DNA from: Cyanophora paradoxa CCMP329
Lineage: Eukaryota; Plantae; Glaucophyta
Assembly: GCA_004431415.1 (NCBI GenBank)
Contig: QPMI01000392.1
Location: 21,168 to 85,167, forward strand
Direction: 5' to 3'
DNA: 64,000 nucleotides
A program made the position numbers and the translations under genes. The notes under the pieces are model-generated. The model worked only from the letters and a program-made list of their open reading frames with translations, made no database searches and had not been told where the DNA came from. Below, piece after piece: positions 46,382-58,400 of the stretch. Each line of letters begins with the position of its first letter. Positions within the stretch are counted from its first letter, which is position 1.

Positions 46382-49299
46382 CTACGCGGAGCGGGCCCCG
46401 CGCTTCGGCGGGCGGCCGCGCCGCGGGGGCCCGCGCTCGCGCTCCTCGTCGCGGGGCCGGGCCCGCGGGGCCGGCGGCGGCGCCGGCGGCGGCGGCGCCG
46501 ACGAGGAGGAGCCCAGGCCGAGCAGGTCGAAGATCCGCTCGCTCTTCGTCAGCACGTCGACGGCGCCGTTCCTCGACTCGCTCTGCACCGGTACGAGCGC
46601 CCGGGGCCGCCCCCAGTCGCCGGGCCCGCCCTCGGTTGACGGCGCGTACAGGGCCCCGAAGCGCCGGAGCACGACGAAGCGGTTCTCCGTCTCGCCCGAG
46701 GGGAGAGGCACCGTCGCGACGAGGCGGGCAAAGACGGGGCGCGGCAGGGGATCCGCCGCGTGCGAGGTGAGCGCCGCCACGACCTGGCCCGCCCGAAAGG
46801 GCGACGCCGACGTCCATCGCAGGTGCCAGAGCGGCCCGCGGGCCGCGGGGGGCTCGCCGCCGACCTGCTCTTCCCCCTCCCCCTCCTCCTCTTCTTCCTC
46901 CCCGTCCCCGCCCCGCCCGCGCCGCGCCACGTGGCCCCTGGACCCCCGCCGGCGGCCGCCCCGCCCCGCCCCGGCCCCTTGGCCGTGCGCCTTGGACGTC
47001 GCCCGGTGGCGCTGGTACCCCGCGGCGGTGCGGAAGATCTGTTCATGCGGGCGCTGCCGGGTCGGTCCGCGGGGCGGGGCGGGGCGCCCCGGGCGGCGGG
47101 CGCGACCCTCACCTTGACGCACGGCGCGCAGTACCTCCCCTCGGCGATCGCGAGGTCGCGCTCGACCTGCATCCCGGGCCTCGTGAACGGGTTCTGCTTC
47201 TGCCACGGGAAGCGCCTCCGCTTCTGCTCCGGCCCCTCTTCGCCGCCGCTCGAGGCCCCGCTCCCCGCGGAATCCTCGCCGTCTTCCGAGTACGAGCTCG
47301 CGCCCCCCGAGCGGCCCCGCCCGCTCTCGCCGTCGCTCTCCTCATCCTCCTCCGCAGGCCGCGGGGGCGCCGTCCTCCGCGCCGCGCGGCGCGGCGGCGT
47401 CGCGGTGGACGACGAGGAGGAGGAAGGGGGGGACGGGGCGCCGGCGCGGGGAGCCGGCTCGGGCTCGACGGCGGGCTGCGCGACCGGCACCCCCTCGTCC
47501 GGCCCGTCGGCGCCCCCGGGCGGCGGCGGCGGCGGCGGCGGCGGCGGGGGCCCGAGGCGGCCGAGGCCGGCGCGGACTCGGAGGGGCCGGCGGCCGGGGC
47601 CGGCGGGGGCGGGCCGGGAGGGGCTCGCGGGCGGCGCCCTCGGCCGCGCGGCGGGCGGCGTGCTGCTGGGCGGCCGTCTCGAAGAACGCGACGGCGGCGG
47701 CGGCCTGGCGGGCGCGGGCGCCGTAGTCGTAGTGCGTCGTCGCCGTCTGGACGCTGTGCTGCAGGAGGCGGGCCGTCCCCTCGATCACCGCCGCCGCCGT
47801 GTCCCCCTCGATCTGGTGCGCGGCGGCCCGCTCCCGCACGTAGGTCGTCAGGACGGCCCTCATGGCGCGCGCAGAGACCGGCTTGCCCGTCCACCGCTCC
47901 ATCACCTGCGGGCGCGGCGGGTGAGCCTCGGCGTGCCCCGTACCCCGCCGCCCCCGCCGGCGCGCCCCCGCGGCGCGCCCGCTTGACCCAGGCGCCGTAG
48001 CCGCTCTCGCTGAGGACGCCGCCGGCGGAGCTGGTGAAGAGCCACTGCTGGTCGGGGGCGCCGTCGGGGATGAGGAGGCGGCGGAAGCGCTCCACGAAGA
48101 GGGTGAGCGGCTCCTGCAGGACGGCGGCGACGGGGATCGAGAGGGCCCCGTGGAAGCGGGCCGTCTTGCTCGCGAGGGCCATCTCCCCCGTCCCGTCGTC
48201 CGCCCGCATCGAGTCGATGACGATGCACCACGCCCCCGCGTCGCGCCGCAGGCTCACCCCGATGCGCAGGCGGCGGATGATCCCGACGCGGGCCGGCGTG
48301 ACGGCGAGGAAGCCGAGGAGGCAGGCCTCGCGGAGGGCCTGGGCCCGCTCGTAGTCCGTCTTGGCGCCCTCGTACTGCTCGAGGGCGGCGAGCCGGGCGC
48401 CCAGGACCTGCTCGTACTCGACCCAGTTCTCGCCCCGCGGCCGCCACTTGCGCTCCTCCCGCTTCTCCTTTTCCAGCTGCGCCTGCGGGCGGGCGGGCGT
48501 CGGGTTCGTGCCCCCCGCCCGGCCCTCTTTCGCCCCCCCCCTCCTCTCTCTAGATTCCTCTCTCTCTCCCGCGCGCGAGCGCCTCTGACCTTGACGTTCT
48601 TCAGGGCGCGGGCGTGCGGCCCCTCGCTCCCCGTCGCGGCGCCCGTCCTCGAGTGCACAAAGGCGGCGGCCATGATGATCGAGCTGGTGTAGCCGCTCAG
48701 CGTCCCCGCGGTGAGCTTCCTCTCCTCCTTGAGAAACGTCAGGAACCGCATCCACAGGTCGACGAGGTCCCCCCGCGAGAAGACGTCGAACGAGAGCGGC
48801 CTGACCTCCTCCCTCGCCGCCAGGTACCCCAGGAAGCGTCCGACCGTCCCTGCGGCGGGCCTCGTGAGCCCCCTTTCCTTCGCCTCCAGCCCCGCCCATC
48901 ACCGCCGCCGCCGCGCCCGCTCACCGACGTCGTTCGTCAGGGCCGTGCTCCGCTCGACGGCCGCCCCCGCGCGGTCCGGGTTGATCGCCCTCGTCCTCCA
49001 CTCCTCAAAGAGCTTCATCTGCGCCCGCAGCTCGCGGCTCCACTCGGCCTCCGGCAGGGCGTACGGCTCCGGGCGCGACCGCCCGCCCTCTGCGGCGGCC
49101 CCCTCGCCCTCGCCCTCGCCCTCGCTCGCCTCCGGCGCCGCCGCCAGCTCCAGGCCCTCTGCCTCGCCGTCGGCGCCGCCGTCCGCGGCCCCGCCTTCGG
49201 CCTCGTCGGCCTCGTCGGACGGGGCGGACGAGGAGGACGAGGAGGAGGAGGAGGAGATGACCAGCGTCCCCCCGTCCGCCCGCCGGCGGGGCCTCTCCT

Positions 49300-49330
<31 letters not shown>

Positions 49331-51275
49331 CTCGCCCGCGGCGGCCGGCGGCGGGAGCGTCACGCGCTCCGGGTCGGCGACGTCGGCCTCGCAGAAGAGG
49401 TAGACGTCCCCGACGAGCGCCGACTCGAGCAGGCTCCGAAAGTGCTCCCTCTTTCCCGCGATAAAGCGCCCGTTGATCGCCTTTCTCTCCTCGTACGAGG
49501 GCGACTTGGTGCGCAGGTAGTGGATGGCGCCGGTGCGCAGCTCGTCGTCCCAGGGAAAGCCGAGGAGCGCCTCGCTCACCACGCTCTCCGCAAAGTAGAG
49601 GACCCCTGCGCGCGCGCGGCGGTGCGTCGGCTTCCCTTCCCTCTGCAGCGTACCCCTCGCTGAGAGGCGGCGGGGCGCGCACAGATGCCGCACTGGTACC
49701 CGTCGGCCTGCAGCCGCAGCTGCGTCTCGACCTCGAACTCAAAGCTCGGAAAGGCCTTCTTCGCCGCCCGCTCCAGCGACGGGTCCGGGCGCGCGCCCAG
49801 GCTGTCAAAGTAGCGGGTGCGGCGCAGGTCGCCGGAGATCACGAGGAGCGTCCAGTGGCCCCCCGCGCTCCAGGTTCGCTCCGACCCGCGCCGCACGAGC
49901 CCGCCCGAGACGGGACACAGGATGACGCGCCCCTCCTCCGCCGCCCCCAGGGCGCGGCGCCGGCGCTTCTCGGGGCTGGCGCGGGCGTGGCGGCGCAGGA
50001 GGCTCGTCGCAATGTCGAGCGTCATGGGGTACAGGGCCCGGACGCGGGGCGCCGCGCTGGCCCGCGCCAGCACGATCGAGAGGCAGTTGGCGATGTGCTG
50101 GTCCTGCCGCCGCCGCCCGCGCTGAGCGCTCCCGCACCCCTCCCCCCGCCCAGTCCCGCCCCGCGCGCCCCTCTGCTCACCGTGAGCCACTCGCGCTTCG
50201 TAAAGATGGCGATGCGGCGGGCAGGGGCGAGGGGCAGCGGGGCGGCGGCCTCGATCTCGGCGGCGTCGGCGCCCTCGAGGGCCAGGCGCTGGCGGCGGAA
50301 CGGCACGAGGAGCTCGTCGCCGAAGCGCGGCAGGCCCTGGAGGATCCTCTCGGCGCCGGCGAGGCTGATGAAGCCCCACTTGCGCGCCGCCCCGCGCGTC
50401 GCCTCGCCCTCGACCTCGGCGTTCAGCCCGGCGTACAGCGTCAGCGTCTGACCCCCCGGCCGCGGGCGGTCACGATCAGCCGGCGCTTGCAGCTGGCTGG
50501 GGAGGCGGGAGGCGGGCGCGCGCCTTGGTGAGGAGGGCGAAGCGGGCCCGCCCGACGACGTCGGTCCGCGCCTCGAAGCGAAAAGGCGAGTCGGCCCCGA
50601 GGTCGGGGTGCTTGCGCCTGATCTCGGCCCGCAGCGAGGGGACGTCCCGCGAGGAGCCGTACGCCGCCTGCGCGAGGGACGCGATGGGCGCGTACCACTC
50701 GACGTCCTGCGGCAGGGTGAGCGCGGGGCGGGGCGGGGCGGGGCGGGGCCGGGGGCGTCGCTCACGGGGACCTCGATGCGCTTGCAGCGGAGGGCAAAGA
50801 CGCGGGCGGCGCTGGAGGGCCCGAGGCGGAGGACGCGGAGCTCGACGCGCTCGAAGGACTCGAGCCGGCGGCGCTCGATCGCGGCGAGGATGTGGCGGGC
50901 GACGCACCGCTTCCGCGCGCTCACCCCGGGGTCCTCGTCCCACCGCTCGCACACGATCTGCTCGGCGTGGCGGAGCGAGACGACGCGCGGCGGGTTCCCG
51001 TCGGGCCGGTGCGCCCCGCGGCGGATCACGCCGAGCATCTCGAGCAGCAGGATCGTCTCCTCGCTCGCGACGGGCCTGCAGGGGACGCGGTACAGGTCCG
51101 CCAGCGCCCGGTCGGGGTCCTCCGGCGGCTCATCGGGGGCGTAGATGAGGATGCGGCGCAGCTCGGCGACGGGCACGACGAGGCCGGCGTCGGAGCGCAG
51201 CAGGATCAGGCGGTCCCGGCCCCACAGGCCGTCGAACTCGGCGACCTCGTAGGCGTCCTTGACCACGCTGAACAT
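46382..51275 (-). CDS. Multidomain tyrosine recombinase: Ski/Dach-like domain - ULP1 (C48) protease - YR - C2H2 finger - AT-hook
   Basis: Exons 51275-50766, 50706-50524, 50447-50181, 50103-49683, 49605-48925, 48849-48590, 48482-47979, 47905-47113, 47053-46382. ULP1: WLTDQHI, HWTLLVI, YFDSL, QADGYQCG. YR: PAR, SKT, RAMR, LQHS, THYD. The C-terminal extension needs two homopolymer corrections near 47550-47620. Confidence 0.8.
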
Positions 51276-52430
51276 CCCGCCCCGCCCGCCGCCCCGCCCC
51301 CTGCGCCTCCCCGCTCGCTCCCGTAGCCCTTCTATCAGCTCGGGCCCCTATATATGGCCGGCTCCGCCCCTCGCCCCGGCCTTGGCCGGCCCTCTCGGAG
51401 CCTCCGGGGGGCCTCGGGGCGCAGATTTGATCCGCCCCCGGCCGGCGCCACCGGCGCGCCCCGGCGCCGCGGGGAGCGCGTATTTAGCGTCTGCGAGTCT
51501 CGTAGTGTTCAAATAGAGCGCCGGTTCCATTCCACGGGCCTCTCCTGGCGAGTTGGGGGCGGGGGGGTCCCGGGGGGGCCTCCCCCCGAGACCCTAGGAT
51601 CGGCTCCGGGTATGGAACTGGTATTTTTTCCTGAGCCTCTGGGCCTCGGAGATGCCTTAAACGGCCTTGGTTCCGTTCGGGGGCCCCCGGAATAGCCTCC
51701 TTTGGGGGGGGTCCAGTTCTGGTGGCACCTTTCAATGGGGCCTCTGGCAACGCGGCCGGCGGGCTCGGCATGGAACAGAGTGCCTAAAACGCATTCTCGA
51801 TGCACTAGGAAGCGATTTACATCGTTAGTTCCCCGCGGTCCCGGTACCCGGGGTTTCGGCCGACCCCCGGCCGGGGCTTTTCGGTCGGACCTGGCGCGCC
51901 TGAGCCCCGCCCCGCGGGCCGAGGAGGCACGAATTCGCATCTGCAGTGAAGCCCGGGCTAATAGAGCGCTTCGTCTCTGCCGGAGCTCTCGTCGGGGGGC
52001 CCGAGCCCCGGGGGCGGGGCCCTGCGCCCTGGCGCGGCGCGAGCGCAGAGGCGGCTGCCGGGGATCGTTCCAAGCGTTCTTCTGATGCATTCCGAGCTAA
52101 TAGAACGCATCGTCTGCGGGCGTAAACGCCGGCGCCGGGCTCCCTGGCCTCGGGTCGGGACGGTTTCGAATACGCCCGGGGCCGCTTTCCGCTGTCGCTT
52201 GAGCTTGATGCAGTGCGTCCTGCACGCTCAGAGCGAGCTGCGCGGCGTGCTCGCGGCTGCGCCGGCGCCGGGCAGAATATAATTATAATCACGTGCCTGA
52301 ATTGGACCGTCGGACCTGCAGCCCAGCGGCTGCAGCTGGCGGTCGAGCAGATAAGCATGTCGTTCGCTTTTGATTAGTGCCCCCGGTGGCCCAGTGGCTT
52401 TCGACCCCCGCGGTCTACTCATATATAACA

Positions 52431-53514
52431 ATGCCCCGCATCAAGGTAGGAAAATGATCATGAAAGCCCGCTGAATTCATATCTGCGATTCTTAGTTCTT
52501 TCGAGTTCGTTGAACATTGTAATTATACTTTGCAGCAAACTGCCAAGCGTGGCACCGGAAACAAGGCCCCGCGAAAGGCATTCAAGAGCTCCGGCGCCAG
52601 CGGCCTCAAGACCAAAGCCGCGCGGAAAAAGGCTGTGGGCGAGGGCGGAGTGAGAAAGCCGTTCCGGTCGGCCTGCTCTCTTCCCTACGTTTTATTTTCA
52701 AGAGAAAGTCCCGGCACGTGAGAATCGCGCGCTCGCGCAGCCATCGCCCTGGGACGGTGGCAAAGCGCGAAATTGTGAAGTACGTTCAATGTTTTTATTT
52801 CACTCTTGTTCAAATCTATTTAAATCTAGATCTGAGACAAATAAATTCTGAATGAAACCCCGCTCCTGTTCAGGTACCAGAAGACCTACAATGCCCTCAT
52901 TCCGCTGGCCCCGTTCGGCCGCCTGGTACGTGTGGGGGCCCTTCAAAACTTGAAATTATCCTCTGCCGCCCGAGCCCTGTGCCCTGCTGTGCGGCGCGTG
53001 CACGTGCGCAGGTGCGCGAGCTCACGGCCGCGATGATCAAGGAAGACGTGGAGGCCGGTCTTCGTGAACAATCTGTCAACTTTCGGTTCACAAAGGTGCG
53101 CGCCCGTGCCGCAGTGCCGGGCGCGGGGGGGGTGCGAATAGCTGGCTGATTAATATTTCATGTCTTGCAGGACACTATCCGGGCCATTCGCGAGGCCGCC
53201 GAGGCGCACATCATTCGCTGGTTCGAGGGTGGTGTCCTCGCGGCCAAGCACCGCAAGCGAGTCACGGTCGGGTGCGCACGCGTAAGGTCTTGCCCTATTT
53301 TGATTACAAATGCCGCAGTGCCTCTTCCGTCCTTGATTATAACTATAAGCATGGCTTAAGCTCCCTCTGCCAGGCTGCTTCTTTAATTATAATGTCACGC
53401 TCGGATTGATGCTAATCGCGACTGTCCTAATCCTTGAATTTGGACAGCCCTGCAGACACGGATCTTGCGCGACGCTTGAAGGGAGACACGGCGGCCGACA
53501 CCGAGAGCGCCTGA
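52431..53514 (+). CDS. H3: Divergent histone H3 variant, 162 aa, 7 exons
   Basis: Exons 52431-52445, 52536-52666, 52741-52779, 52874-52925, 53012-53095, 53171-53271, 53448-53514 give MPRIKQTAKRGTGNKAPRK..KAARKK..GGVRKPFRHRPGTVAKREIVKYQK..PFGRLVRE..EAAEAH..HRKRVTVGPADTDLARRLKG. Confidence 0.92.
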
Positions 53515-53943
53515 AGCTTAAAATCGCGATAGAGACTCTGAGACAAATAGCTAGAATGCCGCCACCACGAGTTCTGGTCATGATCACGGTCACTTATTTA
53601 CCAAGTCAGTGATCATGAGCCGCCCTAGGCCTCGTCACGGCATGGCAGAATCGGGTGCTAAAGCTTGCAATCGATATCGATACTATGATAACACGTGAGC
53701 ACTGAGCGCAGAAAGTCACACGGATCATAAAAGCACACTACGTACTGCACAGATCAGAAATCTACAAGTCTAGAGCGCGGGGAACATCGCATCAAATAGT
53801 CAACTAGGGCCTAGCTATAGGCTTCACTCTAGATCTAGATCTTACTAAAGAGCCAGAAAGAGAGAGGGCCAGAGTATTTAGATGATTGAAACGAAAAGGT
53901 TGAACTCTAAACAGCGTATAACGTGTGCTATTTTCGTTGCCGG

Positions 53944-56268
53944 TCAGTCGCCTTTGGCGCTGGCCTCGCCGGCGCCTTCGGCGGCCCCTTCCTCGCCCGA
54001 CGCCTCGCTCTGCTCGTCCCCGTCCCCGTCCCGTCGCTCTCGCCGGCCTCCCGAAGCTCCAGCACCGAGCCGTCAAAGACAAAGCCCTTGGCGCGCTGCA
54101 CCTCTTCCGCGAGCCGCTCCCGGATCTGGTCCGCCCCTCTTTCGTGCAGCCCTTCAGGAGCGGGAGGCAGCTGACAAAGTCGACGACCGATATGCCGCTC
54201 CCGCAGACGCGCGCAAGGCCAGGGAACCTCGTGAGCGTCTCTCCCAGCGCGCGGAGGTCGTTGTAGATCTCGGACTGCGCGAGCCTCGAGTGAGCGACGT
54301 CGAAAGCTCGCCGGGCCGGGTACGCGTGCTCGCGGCTGCAGCTAGGGGCCCGCCCCCGCACCCTCCTCCCGCAAGGGAATTCGAAGCGACCTCACCTTTT
54401 GGGCGCTGACCTCGAGGCGAAAGCCGGCCGCCTGGAGGATGGCGTCGTACTTGGCGCAGAGGTGCTCGGCGCGGTAGGCGCCCCAGAGGCGGCGGTTGCG
54501 GCCGTAGCGCTCCGTGTAGGCCTGGTGGACGGCGAGGACGGAGCAGGCGATGAGCATGATGCAGCGGATCCGCTCCCGCCCGCCTCTTCGATGCGGTTCA
54601 GGAGGGCCGCGCGGGCCTCCGGGCTGGCGTCGATCTGGCGCCCGATGAGCCCCGGGTCGATCCCCGCCTCGAGCCCAAAGTCGTAGGCCTCCAGCGACTC
54701 TGGGTCGAGCCCGCCCTCGCCCTCGCCCCCGCCCCCGGCGGGGCCCTCGGCGAGCTCGTCGGCGTCGTCCGCGCCGCCCTCGGCCCGCTCCGCCTCGGCG
54801 AGGGCCTTGCGCCAGCGCTCCGCGAGCTCCTTGCCCCGCGGGTCCGGCGAGCCGGCGCGCGAGCCGTCCTCCTCGCTGCCCGAGCCGCCGCCGCCGCCCC
54901 GCCGCCCTCGGGCCCGGCCTCGATGGCGAGGGGGCCGCCGCCGCCTTGCCCTTGCCCTTGCCCTTGCCGCCGCCGCCGCTGCTGCCGCCGCCGCCGCCGC
55001 CGCTCCCGGCCGAGCTGCCCCCTCCGACTCGGAGCGCGCGTCCTCGTCCTTGGGGCGCGTGTACGCGTTGTAGAGGACGCGGATGAGCTTGTCCGACTCC
55101 CACTCCTTGCGGCGGTCGCGCCCGGCGCCCCACTTGCTCCGCGCCGCCCGCCGCGCCGGCTTCGAGGGGCCGGCGCCCGAGCCGGACCCGGGGCCGGCGC
55201 CCTGCGCCGAGGCCGACGCCGACGCCGCCTCGGGGTCGGGGGAGCTCGCCGGCTTGGGCGGGCGCAGCGTCTTGCGCCGCTCCAGCGCCCGCTCCTCGGC
55301 GCCGTCCTCCCCCTCTTCCTGCTCGGCCGCCGACTCGCCCCGCGCCGGGCCCTTGGTCGACGTCGCGGCGCGCTTGGCGCGCGATCGCGAGGGCCGGCGG
55401 CCGGCCCCTCCTCCTCCTTCTCCTCCCCTCCTCCTCGGCGGCCGGGCCCGGGCCCGAGGCGGCGCCCTTTTCCTTGCGCTTCTTGCCGCCCTGGGCCTTG
55501 GCGCCCGCGGCCGGCTCCCCCGGGCCAGGGGGGCGGCCGCCGGCGCCGGCGGCTGGGCGGCGGGCGCGGATCCGTCGGACGGGGCGGCGGCTCCGGGGCC
55601 AGAGCCAGAGCCCGAGCTCGGGCCCGCCCCGGCGGGGGCCGCGGGGGCCGGGGGCGGGCCGCCGCCGCCGGCGGCGGCGGGGCGCGGGCCTCGGCGGCGG
55701 CCGCCTGGAAGCGCTCGAGGGCGTACGTGAGCGCCGTGCGGAGGCAGAGGTCGCCGGAGATCCACGAGGCGGCAAAGGCGGCGTCGTCGATGTAGGCGAG
55801 AAAGGAAAAGAGGGCGTCGATGCGGGAGCTGCAGACGAGGCCCGAGGCGGCCGGGTGGGGTCGCCGCAGCTGGGGCAGGTGAAGAGGGGCGGCGAGGCGC
55901 CGCCCTCGGCGCTGACGGAGAGGAGGGTGAGGGCGCAGCTGAGGCAGACGAACGAGCCGGTCGAGTTGAACTTGAGGTCGTCGAGGGCGGGGCGCGGGTG
56001 CGCGTCGAGGGCCTCGTTGACGGACGAGGCGCCGGTCTTGGCGAGGAGGCGGGCGGCGGCGCAGGAGAGGAGGATCGGGGGGAGGATGCGCTCCGACTTG
56101 CAGCGGGCGCAGGCGGGGCGGCAGGAGAGGAGCGGGTCCCGCCCAGGCTGATGAACGCGGGAGGCTGACCTTGGCCGGCCGCGAGTCGAGGGGCGGGCAG
56201 CCGGACGCGCCGCCCGCCGCGCCCCGCGGGCTCGTCACCTGGGCCCCCGACGCCGGCTGCGACGCCAT
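53944..56268 (-). CDS. Cys-pair / low-complexity / helical-domain protein, paralog of 7688-10505 (several apparent frameshifts)
   Basis: CARC..CLSC..CPSC; RCIMLIACSVL..LWGAYR..; LGETLTRFPGLARV; intron from 54395; TATA ~56352. Confidence 0.6.
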
Positions 56269-56559
56269 CGCCGGAGGCAGGGGGGAAGGAGGAGGACCCC
56301 GGCAGAAGGGGCCTGCGGGTCTCGTCGGGAGGATCGGGGGGCCGGCGACTCCTATATATGCCCCATCGGGGCCCGCCGGGATGGGCAAAAGCGGGCAGAC
56401 GGGGCGGCGGGGGTGAGGGGAGGGGTACGGTGGGAAGGACGCGTGCCGGGGCGGGGCGGCGGCCGGCGGTGGGCGATGGCCCCGCGGGCCCCAACGACGG
56501 CGCGCGGGCCCCGCGGTGGGCGCCGCGAAACGGCGCCCGCCGAGAGTCGTCCGGTTTTG

Positions 56560-58400
56560 ACCCGCCCGGTCGATTCCGGCTACGGCGCCTGTACCCCTGG
56601 GGCGGCCCGCGAGCCCGCGGTGAGACGAGGCGAGCGGCGGGGGGCGGGGCGAGCGGGGGTACGGACGGACCGGGCCCGCCGCTTATGGCCCGCCTGGTCG
56701 ATTCCGGCTACGGCGCCTGTACCCCTGGGCGGGCCGGCAAGCACGTCGGTGAGACGAGGCGAGCGGCCAGAGGGTGCAGGGGAGCGGGGTACGGACGAAC
56801 CGGGCCCCGCCGCTTATCGCCCGCCTGGTCGATTCCGGCTACGGCGCCTGTACCCTGGGCCGGCCCGCGAGCCCTCGGTGAGACGAGGCGAGCGGCCAGA
56901 GGGTGCAGGGTACGGACGAACCGGGCCCGCCGCTTATGGCCCGCCTGGTCGATTCCGGCTACGGCGCCTGTACCCCTGGCGGGCCCGTGAGCTCTTCGGT
57001 GAGACGCGGCGAGCGGCCAGAGGGTGCGGGGAAGCAGGGGTACGGACGGACCGAGCCCCGTCGCTTATGGCCCGCCTGGTCGATTCCGGCTACGGCGCCT
57101 GTACCCCTGGGCGGACCGCGAGCTCTCGATGAGACGAGGCGAGCGGCCAGAGGGTGCGGGGGAAGCGGGGTACGGAGGAACCGAGCCCCGCCGCTTATCG
57201 CCCGCCTGGTCGATTCCGGCTACGGCGCCTGTACCCCTGGGCGGGCCCGCGAGCTCTCGATGAGACGAGGCGACCGGCCAGAGGGTGCGGGGAAGCGGGG
57301 GTACGGACGAACCGAGCCCCGCCGCTTATCGCCCGCCTGGTCGATTCCGGCTACGGCACCTGTACCCCTGGGCGGGCCCGCGAGCCCTCGGTGAGACGAG
57401 GCGAGCGGCCAGAGAGTGCGGGGGAAGCGGGGGTACGGACGAACCGAGCCCCGCCGCTTATGGCCCGCCTGGTCGATTCCGGCTACGGCGCCTGTACCCC
57501 TGGGCGGGCCCGCGAGCACGTCGGTGAGACGAGGCGGCGGTGCGCGAACTCTCTGTGAGATGGGGGCGAGCGGTCGGAGGGTGCGGAAGCGCGCGAAGGG
57601 GTGGGTCGAGAGGAAAGGCAAACGACAGCGTTAGCAGGGGTACACGCACCGTAGCCGGAATCGACCAGGCCGCCCCTACTGCGGGCCAGCGCCGCGGGCC
57701 GGACGGGGCGCCGAGTGAGCGAGGGCGGGGCGCGGAGAGGGCGCGTTGTGGGGTACACACGCCGTAGCCGGAATCGACCAGGCCGCCCCTACTGCGAGCC
57801 TGCTGCTGCGGGTCGAACGGGGCGCAGGGTGAGCGAGGGCGGGGCCACGCGAGGGGTCGAGAAAGGGGGGCACACACGCCGTAGCCGGAATCGACCAGGC
57901 CGCCCCTACTGAGAGCCAGCTGCTGCGGGCCGGACGGGCCGCCGAGTGAGCGAGGGCGGGGGGCGGAGAAGGCGCGTTGGGGGGTACACACGCCGTTGCC
58001 GGAATCGACCAGGCCGCCCCTACTGAGAGCCAGCTGCGCGGGCCGTACGGGCCGCCGAGTGTGCGGGGGCGGGGGGCGCTCGAAGGGGGCGAGAGGCCAA
58101 GGGGGGTACACACGCCGTTGCCGGAATCGACCAGGCCGCCCCTACTGCGAGCCTGCTGCTTCGGGCCGTACGGGTCGTCGAGTGAGCGAGGGAGGGGCGC
58201 TCGAAGGGGGCGAGAGACCTAGGGGGGTACACACAGCGTAGCCGGAATCGACCAGGCCGCCCCTACTGAGAGCCTGCTGCTGCGGGCCGTACGGGCCGCC
58301 GAGTGAGCGAGGGCGGGGGCGCTCGAGGGGAGGGGGGGGGGGCGAGAGACCTAGGGGGGTACACACAGCGTAGCCGGAATCGACCAGGCCGCCCCTACTG
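56560..58400. repeat. Bipartite array 4: 8 B units (+), then 7 A units (-)
   Basis: B cores 56568-57500; reverse A cores 57637-58385; degenerate core ~58490. Confidence 0.96.

Noticed and set aside
56568-57500. Bona fide tRNA genes
   Set aside because: No A-box, D-arm or anticodon arm, and the T-loop motif lacks a base.
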